Shown one piece after another: positions 62,043 to 64,000 of a stretch of DNA of 64,000 nucleotides. The position numbers were made by a program, and so were the translations under genes. Position 1 is the stretch's first letter. Each line of letters starts with the position of its first letter. Under the pieces are notes generated by a model that was not told the origin of the DNA, ran no database searches, and saw only the letters and a program-made list of their open reading frames with translations. Source of the stretch: Candidatus Binatia bacterium (GTDB taxonomy: Bacteria; Desulfobacterota; Binatia; UBA9968; CAXXLF01); contig CAXXLF010000002.1 of assembly GCA_963664015.2 (NCBI GenBank), positions 1,664,001-1,728,000 on the forward strand, read 5' to 3'.

Positions 62043-62227
62043 ACAAACGCCAACACGATATACCAAAAAATACCAAACCTGTCGACGACCTTTAATAGCG
62101 TATACCTGCGTATACTTTTTATAGACCAGAAAAACTTAAGTGAATAAATCTATAAGTTATTGATATTATTATCTTATTATAGATATTGTGACAGGTTTAA
62201 CAAATTGACCCGGTGATTATAAGTCAG
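62009..62227. mobile_element. 212-bp att-like insert carrying split tRNA pieces
   Basis: AAGTCAG direct repeats at 62009-15 and 62221-27; IHF consensus at 62153-65; GCGTATAC tandem at 62098 and 62108. Confidence 0.65.
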
Positions 62228-62629
62228 AGGTCAAAGGTCAGAATGATACTAGGCAGTGAGCAACAAATCAGGACAGAGTGGTAAGTGCCAAGGGTGGAGC
62301 GAACATGAAGCTATCAACTAATAGCTAAATAGGCGCAAAAGAGATCAAAAACTCGAATAACGAAAACCTAAATCCGAAATAAATTCAAATGGCAAAATGC
62401 CTAATTTCCAAACTAGAGAATTGAATAGTTTGGGACTTTGGTAATTTAAATTTGGGTATTGATTAAAGTTTCGGAATTCGGATTTTGGATTTGATGTCTA
62501 TCTGCAGTTAAAGAATCCGAATTCTGAGAACTATAGTCCGGACGCTATGCGCCATCCTCTTTGCGCTTTGCTTTCTTGCTGCCTACTGCAAACTGCCTGG
62601 TGTCTTACTCTTCCCCTCAGCGCTTTGCA

Positions 62630-63472
62630 TTAGATGCCAAACAGGGCGTGGGCGTTGTGGCTGCTGGCCGTGGCAATCTCGTCGGTTGCTAGCCCCTTGA
62701 CGGTGGCAATCACTTCCGCCACCTGGCGCACAAAGGCAGGTTCGTTGCGTTTGCCACGATGGGGAACGGGGGCAAGGTAAGGAGAGTCTGTCTCCACCAG
62801 AATTCGGTCCATGGGGACCCTTTGGACCACCTCTCGCAACGGCGCGGCGTTCTTGAAGGTAATGATACCAGTAAAGGAGAGGTAGAAGCCTAGATCCAAA
62901 AAGGTCTGGGCCGCATCCCAATCGCCGGTAAAGCAGTGAATTACACCCCTGAGACGACCCTCCCCTTCGTTACGGATCAAAGCGGCAGCCTTCCGATGGG
63001 CATCGCGGACGTGCACAACAAGGGGGAGATCCACGCCGCGGGCCATATGAATAAACTCGATGAAAACCCTCTCTTGAACGTCATGGGGAGAATGGTCGTA
63101 ATAGAAGTCCAAGCCGGTTTCTCCCACGGCCACGACCTTGGAATCCTCCGTTAGCCTCTTCAAGCGATCCAGGTCATCCGGGCTAACGTCGCGGGCGTCG
63201 TGGGGATGCATCCCGACAGTGGCAAAGAGCCCCGGGTAACGCCCACACAGCTCCAAACCGGTCTCATTAGTAGATAGCGGACCGGCACCGCCAACGACGA
63301 TAATTTTTTCTACCCCGGCGCTTTTCGCCCGTTGGATGACCTGATCCACATCCTCCATGAACTCTTCAGATTGAATATGGCAATGGGTGTCAATCAGAGA
63401 AGCCCTCGGTTCGTCTGGGTTGTCCATTTTATTCATTTCGTCTGCTGGGTCTATTGGGTCATGCCCTGTCAT
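62630..63472 (-). CDS. tatD: TatD-family DNase (start uncertain: 63472, 63436 or 63427)
   Basis: IDTHCH, GMHPH, VGETGLD, VHVRDA, HCFTG and ETDSPYL motifs. Confidence 0.95.
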   Translation of the reverse strand: MTGHDPIDPADEMNKMDNPDEPRASLIDTHCHIQSEEFMEDVDQVIQRAKSAGVEKIIVVGGAGPLSTNETGLELCGRYPGLFATVGMHPHDARDVSPDDLDRLKRLTEDSKVVAVGETGLDFYYDHSPHDVQERVFIEFIHMARGVDLPLVVHVRDAHRKAAALIRNEGEGRLRGVIHCFTGDWDAAQTFLDLGFYLSFTGIITFKNAAPLREVVQRVPMDRILVETDSPYLAPVPHRGKRNEPAFVRQVAEVIATVKGLATDEIATASSHNAHALFGI

Positions 63473-63526
63473 TGGGTTTTTAAACTCAACGAAATAGACC
63501 AAACGAGCCCATAGACAAGATAGACT
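63409..63526. repeat. 9-mer-unit inverted repeat at the metG-tatD junction
   Basis: TTCGTCTGG..TTCGTCTGC TGGGTCTAT facing ACGAAATAGACCAAACGAG..TAGACAAGATAGAC. Confidence 0.6.
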
Positions 63527-64000
63527 AGCTTGTCTCGATCCTCGGAAAGAGGACCTTGGGCGGATTGACCTGATGGTCGGGTTGGAAGAGGGAACCCCAA
63601 GGGATATCAGCAGTGGCCTTGTTCTCGGGAAGTGCCAGCAGGGAACGAATCTCACTGGCCGTCTCGGGGAGAAAGGGGGTCAGGAAATCGGACGTCATGC
63701 GCAGCGATTCCAGGAGATGGTGCAGGATCTCACCGACCCTTTTGTGCTTTTCCGGATCCTTCATCAGGACAAAAGGTGAGGTCTGGACGACATACTGATT
63801 GGTCCGGTCCAAGGCCCCCCAGATCGATTCCAAGGCCCGGTGAAAATAGAGGCCCCCCATATGTCGCTGGATATCCCGACCGACCTGTAAAAAGCAATCC
63901 CGGAGTTTGAGATCTTCCGCGGCCCATGAGCCGCTCAACGGCTGAACCTTGCTACTGAAGTACTTCTTCTGCATGGCTAGGACTCGACTGACCAAGTTAC
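63525..64000 (-). CDS. metG: Methionine--tRNA ligase, C-terminal part (runs off window)
   Basis: NLVSR..M, NQYV..PF, PFLPET and LFPRIE anticodon-binding-domain motifs; metG-tatD synteny. Confidence 0.88.
   Translation of the reverse strand, partial: NLVSRVLAMQKKYFSSKVQPLSGSWAAEDLKLRDCFLQVGRDIQRHMGGLYFHRALESIWGALDRTNQYVVQTSPFVLMKDPEKHKRVGEILHHLLESLRMTSDFLTPFLPETASEIRSLLALPENKATADIPWGSLFQPDHQVNPPKVLFPRIETS

Larger units (their letters stand above)
61983..62628. repeat. Composite intergenic repeat element, locus 6
   Basis: GCAAAGCGCTCAG (61983) paired with CTCAGCGCTTTGC (62628); AT-rich core as in locus 3; GTTAAAGAATCCG..CCGGACGCTATGCG as in locus 1. Confidence 0.85.

Noticed and set aside
61990-62230. 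Intact, intron-containing or functional permuted tRNA gene
   Set aside because: The pieces are in permuted order, the anticodon stem is mismatched, and no T-arm (GTTCRA) or 3' acceptor strand is present.

Overview
GC-rich bacterial chromosome segment. Gene content suggests a deltaproteobacterial or Binatia-like organism (inference). It is mostly housekeeping and energy genes: mreBCD, an MlaC-like gene, an MFS transporter, a TetR-RND efflux unit, a ribB fusion, ispG-proS-pyrF, a diheme cytochrome c, PadR with a heterodimeric ABC exporter, an FTR1/cytochrome c iron permease with DtxR, Nit1, nadX/nadA, czcD, groESL, tatD and metG. There are two separate complex I (nuo) clusters, and both lack nuoB. 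Several accessory genes are decaying (apbE, bfr, usp, amt, porin). The most unusual signal is non-coding. At least six intergenic regions are mosaics of the same nested short-unit inverted-repeat modules, which are shuffled and inverted between loci. One module is a pair of hairpins with perfectly complementary loops. A 212-bp att-like mini-element is inserted into one of these repeats; it has a 7-bp direct repeat, circularly permuted tRNA pieces, an IHF site and tandem arm-like repeats. No transposase, integrase, CRISPR array, rRNA or intact tRNA was seen.
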